From Candidatus Aenigmatarchaeota archaeon (GTDB lineage: Archaea; Aenigmatarchaeota; Aenigmatarchaeia; QMZP01; JAFGSV01), in assembly GCA_016934325.1 (NCBI GenBank), contig JAFGSV010000024.1:5306-69305 (forward strand): a stretch of 64,000 bases of DNA, given 5' to 3'. Of this stretch, positions 8,241-17,423 are shown piece after piece. Each line of letters starts with the position of its first letter. Positions within the stretch are counted from its first letter, which is position 1. Position numbers and translations under genes: made by a program. The notes beneath the pieces were generated by a model. It was not told the origin of the DNA. It saw only the letters and a list, made by a program, of their open reading frames with translations, and made no database searches.

Positions 8241-9500
8241 ATGAGCGCCACTGTAAAAAAATTTGAAATGCCTAGCATCGAGGATATCGAGAGATATATT
8301 AAATCGGAATTGGGCCGGATAAAAGCGCGTGACTATTCGGCAAATGAAATTTATGAGTGTGTAAGAGTTTACCGTGACCTTGAGATATTCTACCACAACC
8401 TTATTGAAGCTTTTAGTCTTCAAATTCAAACTGCAGATGAGATATCTGAATTTGTTCATTCGGTTAGGTTCCGTACCAAAGATCCATATCACCTTGTATA
8501 TAAATTAGTGAGAAGGTGCTTAGGATTAGATGACAAGAAACCACATAATATTACACCTTTCGATCTCCTTGACCCAGAGGTGGGTATAACTGATTTGGGG
8601 GGAGTGCGAATTCTGCATCTTCGTGCCAATGATTGGGAATATATACACGATTATCTTGTAGCCCCGGGAAATATGCCAAGTTTATCAATTGAGAAAAAGA
8701 TAGCATATGTCAAGCCAGAAAAAAAGTTAGAATATACAAAAGGGAACAGGTTTTACCTTGATGATAAGGATCTAAACAAAAGCGAAATAAAATATGACGA
8801 CAAACAAGAATACACGTCTCTACATTACATTTTTAAATCGAATTATCCTCATCCTTCTGGAACTCTTTATTTTGAGTGTCAAGTTAGGACATTATTTGAA
8901 GAAGGTTGGGGCGAAATCGACCACCAAATGAATTACCCTGACAAAGCAAATTCTATAATACGTGGATATCTTTCATTATTAAATTCTAGCGCACACACTG
9001 CAAACACCATCGCAGCAAAACTCGAAACTCTAGAATATATCCCTTTGTATATTACATGGGAAACCGAACTTCGTACAGAACGAAGCGCAGATAGGATTTA
9101 TTGCATTACACCAGATCTAAAATGGGTGGCCGAAAATCTCGATAAATCTATTAATAACGTTAAAGATTCGGAAGGTACTTTCCACTATTTTATTCTGAGT
9201 GATGACAATGACACAAAACAAAACATTACAAAGGTAGAAAAACGTTTGAAAGCGGAAGGTCTTTGGAAAGTAAAAGTTTGGCTGCATCATCTTTCAGGAG
9301 ACAAATCTGTGGTTCCGGTAATCGCCGATTTACTTCTACTTGAAAATGCTGTTCATCCAATTACGCATAAGCAATGCCCCATATCTGTAGTGGGAGTACC
9401 AGCGCAGAAGGAAGTTAGTCAAGAAGAACATCTGGACATGTTGATTACAGAAGAATCAGCTATTAAACGAATGAAGAAATTCTTCGAGAACCTTTTATGA
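8241..9500 (+). CDS. RelA/SpoT-domain nucleotidyl/pyrophosphotransferase (small-alarmone-synthetase-like) with an uncharacterised C-terminal extension of about 170 aa
   Basis: The synthetase-fold motifs appear in order: KDPYHLVYKL, ITDLGGVRILHL, EYTSLHYIF and ECQVRTLFEEGWGEIDHQMNYP (compare EIQIRT..Q..WAE..H...YK). Its stop overlaps the next start (ATGA). Confidence 0.8.
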   Translation: MSATVKKFEMPSIEDIERYIKSELGRIKARDYSANEIYECVRVYRDLEIFYHNLIEAFSLQIQTADEISEFVHSVRFRTKDPYHLVYKLVRRCLGLDDKKPHNITPFDLLDPEVGITDLGGVRILHLRANDWEYIHDYLVAPGNMPSLSIEKKIAYVKPEKKLEYTKGNRFYLDDKDLNKSEIKYDDKQEYTSLHYIFKSNYPHPSGTLYFECQVRTLFEEGWGEIDHQMNYPDKANSIIRGYLSLLNSSAHTANTIAAKLETLEYIPLYITWETELRTERSADRIYCITPDLKWVAENLDKSINNVKDSEGTFHYFILSDDNDTKQNITKVEKRLKAEGLWKVKVWLHHLSGDKSVVPVIADLLLLENAVHPITHKQCPISVVGVPAQKEVSQEEHLDMLITEESAIKRMKKFFENLL

Positions 9501-10315
9501 CACAAGTGCTTACATGGGAAGACACTTTACTGGATTATTTGCGGACATCCAACGAAGATGAACAAGTAGTCAATTTTGTCAGCAAAACAATCCTTCCCCA
9601 ACTCACCAGTAGATTTGATAAAATCGACTGGCTGGAATTAGGTCCGGGTCCTGGAACTAAAACGCAGCTAATTTTAGAGGATATTATGGGATCGGCACAA
9701 GCTCATCTACGAAGTTTGCGGTTGATCGAACCATCAGTAGCTTGGTGTGACTTCATTCGCCGCAATACTCCAGAGATATTGAACACAATCAAAATATTCG
9801 AGATGAGTTTTAATGACTACCTTTATAGTGAATCAAGACTATATGACAAATGGCAACCGAATTTCGTGACCTGCTTCCATGTTCTCTACGAATATGAGTT
9901 GATTGAAGAATTTCTTCTTTATCTCAAACACCAAGAGCAAACTGGCCACCGCTTGCTCGCATGCATTATCGTCGAATCAGAACACTCTGACTTCTTCAAG
10001 CTTCGCCAAAAACTTATACATTTTGGACAACCTCAGCCATCACCGGCCGCCCTTCAACTTCGCAGTTCGGTTTCGAAGTTAGGTTTGCCAGCACAAGAAT
10101 TCGAAGTGAATAGTCAGTATTTCAGAATTTCGGATATTTATGAAGGATTACAATGGCTTTTAGCGTTTCTCTTCGGATGTGAAAAAGAAGCGTTAACAAA
10201 GATACCTGAAAAAGTTCGCATGGAAGCTAATGAGATAATAAAACAATTCCTTGAGAAAAAACAGAACCAAGTATTAGAAGTACCTGATATAGCTTTTGTT
10301 TTTGCCATCGGATAA
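9497..10315 (+). CDS. Class I SAM-dependent methyltransferase-like protein
   Basis: Motif I-like WLELGPGPGTKT is followed by an acidic loop (LILED). It overlaps the upstream RelA/SpoT gene by 4 nt. Substrate is unknown. Confidence 0.55.
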   Translation: MTQVLTWEDTLLDYLRTSNEDEQVVNFVSKTILPQLTSRFDKIDWLELGPGPGTKTQLILEDIMGSAQAHLRSLRLIEPSVAWCDFIRRNTPEILNTIKIFEMSFNDYLYSESRLYDKWQPNFVTCFHVLYEYELIEEFLLYLKHQEQTGHRLLACIIVESEHSDFFKLRQKLIHFGQPQPSPAALQLRSSVSKLGLPAQEFEVNSQYFRISDIYEGLQWLLAFLFGCEKEALTKIPEKVRMEANEIIKQFLEKKQNQVLEVPDIAFVFAIG

Positions 10316-10318
10316 GTT

Positions 10319-11104
10319 ATGTCACATGTTGTTGTTAATCGACTGAGTCACACTTTTACTTCTCGCAAAGAAAAGCTTGAAGTTTTGGATGAACTATCAT
10401 TTGAAGTATTTCCGACAGAAGTCGTTACCATTCTTGGACCCTCGGGTTGCGGTAAGTCTACTTTGCTCCGATGTTTAGCAGGCTTGCTTGTTCCATCAGA
10501 AGGAACTATCGAAATTGACGGTCAATCTCCAGACATCCTCCGGCAAAAAAAGGAACTGGGTTTTGGTTTTCAGGAGCCATCTCTTATGGATTGGCGAACG
10601 GTCGAAGACAACATCTCGCTTCCAGCAGAATTAGGTATTCAGGATGGAGCCTTATCCGAATTAAAACTACGTATAGATGATATGCTTAATCTCATTCGGA
10701 TGACAAATTTCAGGAGACATTATCCACCACAACTCTCAGCAGGAATGAAACACAGGACTGCGCTAGCGCGTGCTTTAATATTGGAACCAAAAATTCTATT
10801 ACTCGATGAACCATTAGCTGGTCTTGATCTTCTCACAAGGAGAGAGTTAATGGGTCAAATTACTACATTGCTCGAACGACAGAAATGCACGACAGTAATA
10901 GTAACACATAGTGTGGAAGAAGCTGTTTTTTGGGGTGACAGAGTGATTCTCCTTACTCATCGACCCGCCTCAATTGTGCAAATAATTGAGCATCATGGAC
11001 AGCGTCCAAGAAAACTCGCATATGCCGAGTCGATGGAATTCCATCACCTTGTGGATCGATGTTCTGACTTGATTCTCGGATTAAGTAAATCAAACCATGA
11101 ATAA
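10319..11104 (+). CDS. ABC transporter ATP-binding protein (NitT/TauT nitrate/sulfonate/bicarbonate-type family)
   Basis: Walker A is GPSGCGKSTLL, the signature is LSAGMKHRTALARAL, Walker B is ILLLDEPLAGLD and the H-loop is VTHSVEEA. Confidence 0.9.
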   Translation: MSHVVVNRLSHTFTSRKEKLEVLDELSFEVFPTEVVTILGPSGCGKSTLLRCLAGLLVPSEGTIEIDGQSPDILRQKKELGFGFQEPSLMDWRTVEDNISLPAELGIQDGALSELKLRIDDMLNLIRMTNFRRHYPPQLSAGMKHRTALARALILEPKILLLDEPLAGLDLLTRRELMGQITTLLERQKCTTVIVTHSVEEAVFWGDRVILLTHRPASIVQIIEHHGQRPRKLAYAESMEFHHLVDRCSDLILGLSKSNHE

Positions 11105-11840
11105 AAAGAAGATTATTGTACCTGTTGTAGTACTGTTAGCTGTCTTAGCTGCGTGGGAAATGGTTACGCGATTGGCAAACGTGCCTATATATATTCTGCC
11201 GCCACCATCTCATGTAGCCAAAGCTTTCTTTGATCCAAGAACACAATTATTGAAACATACATACGTCACCTTAGGTGAATCGGTATGTGGATTATTGATC
11301 GGTTCGATGATAGGCCTATCTTTAGGAGTTATACTTGCTGAATCTCAGTCGGCACGACTTGCTTTTCTACCATATATCGTTGGTTCCAACGCGGTTCCTG
11401 TTATCGCAATTGCTCCACTAGTTGTCATGTGGTTTGGGTACGGTTTTTTATCAAGGGTATTGGTATCAGCATTCCTCTGTTTCTTTCCGTTGTGTATCAA
11501 CGCTTATCGAGGACTTCAAGCAGCAGATACACACTTCCGGGAACTTTTCGATGTTTATGGTGCTACACGAAGCCAATACCTACTAAAAGCTCGACTGCCT
11601 TACGCAATGCCATTTTTGTTTGCTGGGGGTAAACTAAATGCAACATATGCTGTTATTGGAGCAGTTGTAGCAGAATTCATCGGCACTACTGCTGGATTAG
11701 GTTATGGGATGGTCCATGCTTCATACAATTTGGATACACCTCGTCTTTGGGCTTATCTGGTGGTGTCTATAACAATGGGAATTTCCTTTTATAGTATTGT
11801 GTGGATATTAGAATTTTGGTATAGGAGACGCTATGAATAA
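11097..11840 (+). CDS. ABC transporter permease (TauC/SsuC-like)
   Basis: It is a polytopic membrane protein with an EAA-like loop (GATRSQYLLKARLPYAMPFLFAGGKL). It overlaps the ATPase gene by 8 nt. Confidence 0.85.
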   Translation: MNKKKIIVPVVVLLAVLAAWEMVTRLANVPIYILPPPSHVAKAFFDPRTQLLKHTYVTLGESVCGLLIGSMIGLSLGVILAESQSARLAFLPYIVGSNAVPVIAIAPLVVMWFGYGFLSRVLVSAFLCFFPLCINAYRGLQAADTHFRELFDVYGATRSQYLLKARLPYAMPFLFAGGKLNATYAVIGAVVAEFIGTTAGLGYGMVHASYNLDTPRLWAYLVVSITMGISFYSIVWILEFWYRRRYE

Positions 11841-12900
11841 AGAATCAAATTCAAATTTTGGTCAAAGGCGAATACCTAAGAAGGTAGGGCTTGCCGTAGT
11901 CGTCGTGATAGTTGTAATTGCTTGTGTGTTTGTAATAAGAAATCTTCAGAAACCAGACAGTTCTGGATTGATTCAAGTTCGTTTTCGCTTGCAATGGACA
12001 CCACAAGCTCAATTTGCAGGATACCTTGTGGCAAAGGAGCTTGGTTACTATAAAGACCAAGGGCTAGATGTAGAAATCCGACCTGCCGGTCCTGATTTAA
12101 AGCCGCAGAACACAGTAGCAGCGGGTAGTGACGACCTTGCAGTGGGAGTAGCTAATCTGATTGTTGCTTCTCGATCGAGTGGCGTCCCGCTGAAAATAAT
12201 CGCACAAATTTTCCAAGATTCTGCCAACCGTTATATTCTCAAAAAAGAAAACGCTATTCAATCTTTACATGATTTGCGCGGTAAGAAGGTTGGAATCTGG
12301 ATGGGTGGTGATGAAGCAGAATTCGTTGCTATGCTCAAAACGGCTGGAATGACGTTAAATGACGTAACTGTTGTGCCGCAAGGTTTCAGTGTTGCTCCTT
12401 TTCTCAACGGGGAATATGTGCTTTCAATGGTTACAACCTACAATGAATTGAATCAAATAAGAGATCAAGGCATTACAGATGATAAACTACAGATTATTGC
12501 ACCCGGAGATTATGACGCGGCAATTGTGGGTGATGCGCTGTTCACAAGCGAAAGGTACATTCAAGAAAATCGCGATGTAACGCAAAAATTCCTTAATGCA
12601 TCACTTAAGGGTTGGATATTCTGCGCGGAAAATCCTGAGAAAGCAATCGACATCGTTCTGAGGTTCGAAAAGTCACTTAAACGGGAGGATCAAGTTAAGC
12701 AACTCAAAGAGGTCATGTCGCTTGTTCTCAGCGGACAGGCTAAGAGCAAGGGTATTGGTTACATGGATCGTAACTATTATGTAACAGCGGAACGTGTTCT
12801 TTTTGATTCGGGCCAAATCTCTAAACGGGTAGAACCTTCAGCTGTTTTTGATGATTCACTTTGGCAACAAGTCCCGTTATCAGAAAAATTGGTGAAGTAA
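11833..12900 (+). CDS. ABC substrate-binding protein, NMT1/THI5-like (SsuA/ThiY-type)
   Basis: It has an N-terminal anchor with a Cys (VVIVVIACVF). The NMT1-type core is LQWTPQAQFAGYLVAKELGYYKDQGLDVEIRPAGP. It overlaps the permease gene by 8 nt. Confidence 0.85.
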   Translation: MNKESNSNFGQRRIPKKVGLAVVVVIVVIACVFVIRNLQKPDSSGLIQVRFRLQWTPQAQFAGYLVAKELGYYKDQGLDVEIRPAGPDLKPQNTVAAGSDDLAVGVANLIVASRSSGVPLKIIAQIFQDSANRYILKKENAIQSLHDLRGKKVGIWMGGDEAEFVAMLKTAGMTLNDVTVVPQGFSVAPFLNGEYVLSMVTTYNELNQIRDQGITDDKLQIIAPGDYDAAIVGDALFTSERYIQENRDVTQKFLNASLKGWIFCAENPEKAIDIVLRFEKSLKREDQVKQLKEVMSLVLSGQAKSKGIGYMDRNYYVTAERVLFDSGQISKRVEPSAVFDDSLWQQVPLSEKLVK

Positions 12901-13584
12901 GGAATCCACTTGGAAATCGATAAGAGTCCTATTATCATTATTGACAGAGAATCGTGGCTCTTTGAATTTCCGTTAACTACGCTTATAAATATTCTGAACT
13001 CCAGAAAGGTCTTTTAGTGAATCTCGGACAAACCAGACTACGGCTACTTTGTCGGTCATTGGCCAACTGGATCAGATAGCCCCTTGCGGTCGTACACATT
13101 TTACATACGGACAGGCAACAGCATGAGGTAATACCACGTGAGAAACATCTCTTGGCGTTTTAGACTAAATGATCTAAGGATGTAACTAATGCGACGTAAA
13201 TAGAACACAAGATAGGCAGATAAACCATTTCTTAATTATAGTTGATTTTTCACTTGGTTTTTTCAAGAATAAATGTTATAAAATTATAGAAGGTTCAGTT
13301 TATGTGCGGCATGCGAACCTTTTGGAGTACGGCAAAATCAACGTAACGACTTTGCTACGATGTAGTTATACTTCTTGAATAGAAATTGGGCAGAAATATT
13401 TATAAAGCTTACACTGAAGGAGGTAGGATAAGAGGAGAGGCTATTGAAATGTTCGTAACATCATTGATAATAAGCTGTTATGGAAGTATGAGGCATAGAA
13501 AAATGCTCGGAGTAAAAATAAAAAGATTCAGAAAACGCACAATTAGTAACCTTTTCGTAAGGAATAAAAAATGCTCAAAAAAAT

Positions 13585-14232
13585 ATGTTAAGGGCAAACT
13601 GGGTCCTGGATCCCGGCAAATTTCTCTCCCGGGAAGAAGTAGACAGACTGCTGGAGACAGCGAGAAGAAGGGCAGAGGCGGCCTTGGCCAAAGGGCTCAA
13701 GGTGGCCGTAAGGGATTACTTTGTCGTGGACCTTGCTCTATCCACGGGATTGCGGGTGGCGGAGATTGCCAACTTGAAATGCAAGGACATATTCTTGAAC
13801 GACCGGATGTGTGCGCTTCTGGTCAGGAACGGCAAGGGCGGCAAGAAAAGGCTGGTCCGATTCAACGGATCTTTCGGGCGGCATTACGAAGAGTATGTCC
13901 TGTGGAAGCAAGCCTTCGGCGAACCTGCTGGTCCCGGCGATCCGCTGCTATTGTCCAGCAATACCGGCGGCCATATGACCACTCGGGCGATAGAGAAGGC
14001 GTTCAAGAGGACGGCCGCCAGAGCCAGCCTGCCTTCCCGTTATTCCATCCACTGTCTCAGGCACACCTATGCCTGCGAACTTTACCGGGCCAGCGGCTAC
14101 AACCTGCGTCTGGTCCAGAAGCAGCTCGGGCACGCCCACATCGCGACAACGCAGGTTTACGCGGACGTGGTGGAACCTGACATGCAACGGGCCCTGCAAA
14201 GATTATACGCCCCCCGGCAGGGGCGATTGTGA
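13585..14232 (+). CDS. Short tyrosine recombinase, catalytic domain only (FimB/FimE-like size)
   Basis: 215 aa. The catalytic residues are the Arg in LSTGLRVAEI, H-x-x-R in HCLRHTYA, then LGHAHI and the Tyr in TTQVYADV. It starts directly with KFLSREEVDRLL, so there is no N-terminal core-binding domain. Confidence 0.85.
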   Translation: MLRANWVLDPGKFLSREEVDRLLETARRRAEAALAKGLKVAVRDYFVVDLALSTGLRVAEIANLKCKDIFLNDRMCALLVRNGKGGKKRLVRFNGSFGRHYEEYVLWKQAFGEPAGPGDPLLLSSNTGGHMTTRAIEKAFKRTAARASLPSRYSIHCLRHTYACELYRASGYNLRLVQKQLGHAHIATTQVYADVVEPDMQRALQRLYAPRQGRL

Positions 14233-14263
14233 AGCTTTTAAGGCAGCAGCAATAAGAACATAA

Positions 14264-14845
14264 ATGGATGGCGACGAGCGAGGTGGAACGTCTGGTGGTT
14301 GCATGGTCTTGGCCGGGATTCTAAAGAAACTTCTGCTTGGCAGGGCTTTCACAACCGAACATGGCAGGATAAGGCTCTTCGGCATGATGGACTGGATTCT
14401 GATTCCCGCCATGGCCTTGGCGAAGGACATCCAGATGATCGGCGAGAAGAACGGAGAAGAGTTCCTGTACGAGCTCGGTTACGAAGGCGGAAAGGAAGGA
14501 GCAAACGAACTGATCAAGTACATGGGTTTAAAGCCGAGAGCGGGATGGGTGACGCAGAAGGCTATTCTCAGTCTGCTGGAATTCATCGGGTATGGAAAGC
14601 CTGAATTCCTGGTGGCCAAGGTTGGTGAAGACGGGCATCACCATCTCGTCTTTCACGTGAAGAACAATCCGGTGGTCGAGCACGCCGCCCGGATGTACGG
14701 CGCCAGGTCGAAGGTATGCTCCTGGTTCATGGGAATTTATGCGGCTCACGGGGAAATGGAACTCGGAATTCGCAATGCCCGGCTGAAGGAGAACAGGTGT
14801 ATCTGCCGGGGTTCGCCTTACTGTGAATGGGAAACGAAATGGTAA
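14264..14845 (+). CDS. V4R (4-vinyl reductase) domain protein
   Basis: The C-terminal V4R signature is VCSWFMGIYAAHGEMELG....ENRCICRGSPYCEWE (C..G..E..C..G..C). The true start may be the internal MVLAG. Confidence 0.65.
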   Translation: MDGDERGGTSGGCMVLAGILKKLLLGRAFTTEHGRIRLFGMMDWILIPAMALAKDIQMIGEKNGEEFLYELGYEGGKEGANELIKYMGLKPRAGWVTQKAILSLLEFIGYGKPEFLVAKVGEDGHHHLVFHVKNNPVVEHAARMYGARSKVCSWFMGIYAAHGEMELGIRNARLKENRCICRGSPYCEWETKW

Positions 14846-14885
14846 TCGGGAATAACTTTCTTGCTTGTTTTGGAGGGAATTTCTG

Positions 14886-16535
14886 ATGGCTCGCGGTCTG
14901 TTAATCAGCTATCCGGGATACCCTTACACACCCAGCAGCCTGCTGCCGGACAACGGGCTGGCGAATCTGGCCGGGGCACTGATTGAAGCGGGCCACGAGG
15001 TGCAGGTTCTGGATTACGGAACCGTTGACACGATGAGGCGGCTCGTTCCGCAGGGCTTACGGCGAAAGCTGTCTGAAATTTACGACCAGGTCAGCAGGGC
15101 AAGAAATGACTGTATGTCCGGGCTGAGGGGATTGTATTTGCTGTCGAGGCTTCACTTCGCGGACGGGCGGCTTGCCGGGTACCGTGCGCGGGAAGTCATG
15201 CGAATTGCAGAGGAAATAGCACAAGTAATTCAGAAGCGAAAGCCTGACTTCGTGGGATTCAAGCTGTGGAACGGTGACGGATTCAGCGGCCCTGTGATGA
15301 TAGCGGAGTTCCTGAAGAGACGGTTCCCGGAACTGAAGATATTCGCCGGCGGCCCTCACGTGGATTTTTTCCGCGGGCTTATATTTGAAAGAACGAAGGC
15401 GTTCGACGGTCTGGTCTATGGAGAGGGAGAGGAAACCATCGTTCAGATCGCTGATTGCGTTTCCGGCCTATGCAAGCTCGAATTACCGAATCTTATTACG
15501 CCGGACGGCATTGAGAGGCAGATAAAGCGGATCGGGGACCTGGACGGTCTGCCGATGCCCGTCTATGACGAGAACGTCTATCCCTCCATGAAAGGCAACG
15601 GGAAGATAAAGATAGTTGTCCTCGATGAGAGCAGGGGATGCCCCTACGGCTGTGCCTTCTGCGTTCAATCCGTAAAGAGCGGGCATGAGAGAAGGGTAAA
15701 AACGGCTGCTCGCATCGTCGGGGAAATGAAGCGAATTCGCGACCATAACGGAATAAGGTCATTCAGATACGCGGGATCAAGCACACCATCGACATTGATG
15801 AGAGAAGTTGCAATTAAAATCATGGAAGAGGACCTTAAAGTGAACTACTGCTCGTATGGGCACGTCAGGGAATTCTGTTCCGAGGATGCAAAGGCACTGA
15901 AGGAGTCCGGACTCTTCGGGCTTCTTTTCGGGATAGAGTCAGGGAGCCAGGGGGTTCTGGATTTGATGAACAAGCCCACCACAATTGAACAGATCAGAAC
16001 GGCCGTCAAGGCAGCAAAGGTTGCGGGAATATTTGTCGTCGGAAGCGTGATACTGCCTGCTCCTGGGGACGATAAAGACACCATGAACGAAACATTTGAA
16101 CTGCTGTGTGACATCCGGCCCGACTCCGTTTTCATCCAGTTTCCGGGCGTTTACCCGAGAACGCCATGGGTGGAGAATCCGGAGAAATACGGTTTTGACC
16201 TTGACGCGGAGAATTACTGCCGTCAGGTCATGGATTACAAGATCAAGACGCTTTTCCCGCCGTCGTTCTGGTCGCCCCTGCCTTACCGGCTGAACGGAAT
16301 GAGATTCAGGAAGTTTGCGAGGATTACGGAACAATTTGCCCTGAAGCTGGAGAGGAACGGCCTTGTCACGCAGCTCACCGACGACATCGCAATGGTTGGG
16401 TCCGTGCTTGGAATGGAACCGATGGGATTCAAACAGGTTACAGCAAGGGCGATGTGGACTGGGGACTGGGAGAAGATGGCTGAGGTGGTTTCGGAGTTCA
16501 ATGAGAAATCGTCATGCAAGAGTCAGAAAAAATAG
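14886..16535 (+). CDS. B12-binding-domain radical SAM enzyme (class B rSAM)
   Basis: The CX3CX2C cluster motif is GCPYGCAFC. The N-terminal Rossmann-like B12-binding region is LISYPGYPY...HEVQVLDYG...FVGFKLW. The ATG at 14886 is preceded by GGAGGG. Confidence 0.8.
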   Translation: MARGLLISYPGYPYTPSSLLPDNGLANLAGALIEAGHEVQVLDYGTVDTMRRLVPQGLRRKLSEIYDQVSRARNDCMSGLRGLYLLSRLHFADGRLAGYRAREVMRIAEEIAQVIQKRKPDFVGFKLWNGDGFSGPVMIAEFLKRRFPELKIFAGGPHVDFFRGLIFERTKAFDGLVYGEGEETIVQIADCVSGLCKLELPNLITPDGIERQIKRIGDLDGLPMPVYDENVYPSMKGNGKIKIVVLDESRGCPYGCAFCVQSVKSGHERRVKTAARIVGEMKRIRDHNGIRSFRYAGSSTPSTLMREVAIKIMEEDLKVNYCSYGHVREFCSEDAKALKESGLFGLLFGIESGSQGVLDLMNKPTTIEQIRTAVKAAKVAGIFVVGSVILPAPGDDKDTMNETFELLCDIRPDSVFIQFPGVYPRTPWVENPEKYGFDLDAENYCRQVMDYKIKTLFPPSFWSPLPYRLNGMRFRKFARITEQFALKLERNGLVTQLTDDIAMVGSVLGMEPMGFKQVTARAMWTGDWEKMAEVVSEFNEKSSCKSQKK

Positions 16536-17122
16536 TGGTCAGAAAAGCTAACGGCCATGATGAGTTGCAGGCCATCTTCCGGCTCAGGTACGAGAGCTAC
16601 CTGCGTAAGGGATACATACCTTCCAATCAGGATGGTATTATGCTCGATGAATGGGATGAATCGCCTGACACGACTCACTTCGTTGCAATGGAAAGCGGCG
16701 AACTCCTTGGAGCGGTAAGGCTTGTCCTGGACTCGATAAAAGGTTTACCTATGGAGCGGGTGTTTCCGGAAGCAATCAAGAAATTGAGAAAGCAGGGCAG
16801 AAAAGTTGCGGAGGCTTCCACCCTGGTGGTTGCAGAGGGTCCGTCCGGTTCGAGCCGGAAGCTATGGATGAAATTATGCAGGACTCTATGGATGGAGGCG
16901 GAGGCCCGGCATATTGACGACCTTTGCATTGCGGTGACACAAAATCATGTTGGCTTCTATAAAAGGCTTTTATTCGAAAACATGGGAAGGGGCAGGCACT
17001 ACAAGTCCCTGAACGGCATACTCGCTTACCCGCTGCGAGTATGTGTATCTGGTGTCAGAACCAGTCACAAGTCAGACGGAAGCAACCATGATCGATCTCT
17101 GCGCAGGCAGCTCCTGGAGTAG
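16514..17122 (+). CDS. GNAT-fold N-acyl amino acid synthase-like acyltransferase (FeeM / exosortase-associated acyltransferase type)
   Basis: The family-like N-terminus is VVRKANGHDELQAIFRLRYESYLRKGYI...LDEWDESPDTTHFVAMESGELLGAVRLVLDS. It overlaps the rSAM gene by 22 nt. Confidence 0.55.
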   Translation: MQESEKIVVRKANGHDELQAIFRLRYESYLRKGYIPSNQDGIMLDEWDESPDTTHFVAMESGELLGAVRLVLDSIKGLPMERVFPEAIKKLRKQGRKVAEASTLVVAEGPSGSSRKLWMKLCRTLWMEAEARHIDDLCIAVTQNHVGFYKRLLFENMGRGRHYKSLNGILAYPLRVCVSGVRTSHKSDGSNHDRSLRRQLLE

Positions 17123-17423
17123 TCCAGATAGAGCCTGTGTGTTAAGCACGTCAGGATTAGCCAGTCTGATTTTTCCACCGTCCCATTGCATACGCAAAAG
17201 GTTATGCCGATGAGGTTTAAAAGGTTTATCGTGGAAGGTGAGTTTCGTGCGGATAAGAAATTTGCAGCTTGATGAATAAAAATGGTGTATAATATTCATC
17301 AGAGTGATGGAGTCGCTCAGGTTTGTATCAGAAGAGCGGGAATCATTTGGTAAAACACCTTTCTGTGAAAGCCCCGTTTGCGTAGGATGCTAAACCATAA
17401 AAATCTGATTAGGGTATCTTTAA

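Noticed and set aside
12901-13584. Inverted repeats that would prove an invertible DNA switch
   Set aside because: Only 7-8-bp inverted repeats were found by eye, and these are expected by chance in 680 bp. The inverton idea is kept as a hypothesis to test, not as a feature.
13386-14180. 264-aa ORF overlapping the short recombinase in another frame
   Set aside because: It is Arg/Gly-rich and motif-free. The alternative frame (13585-14232) carries the complete tyrosine-recombinase catalytic signature.
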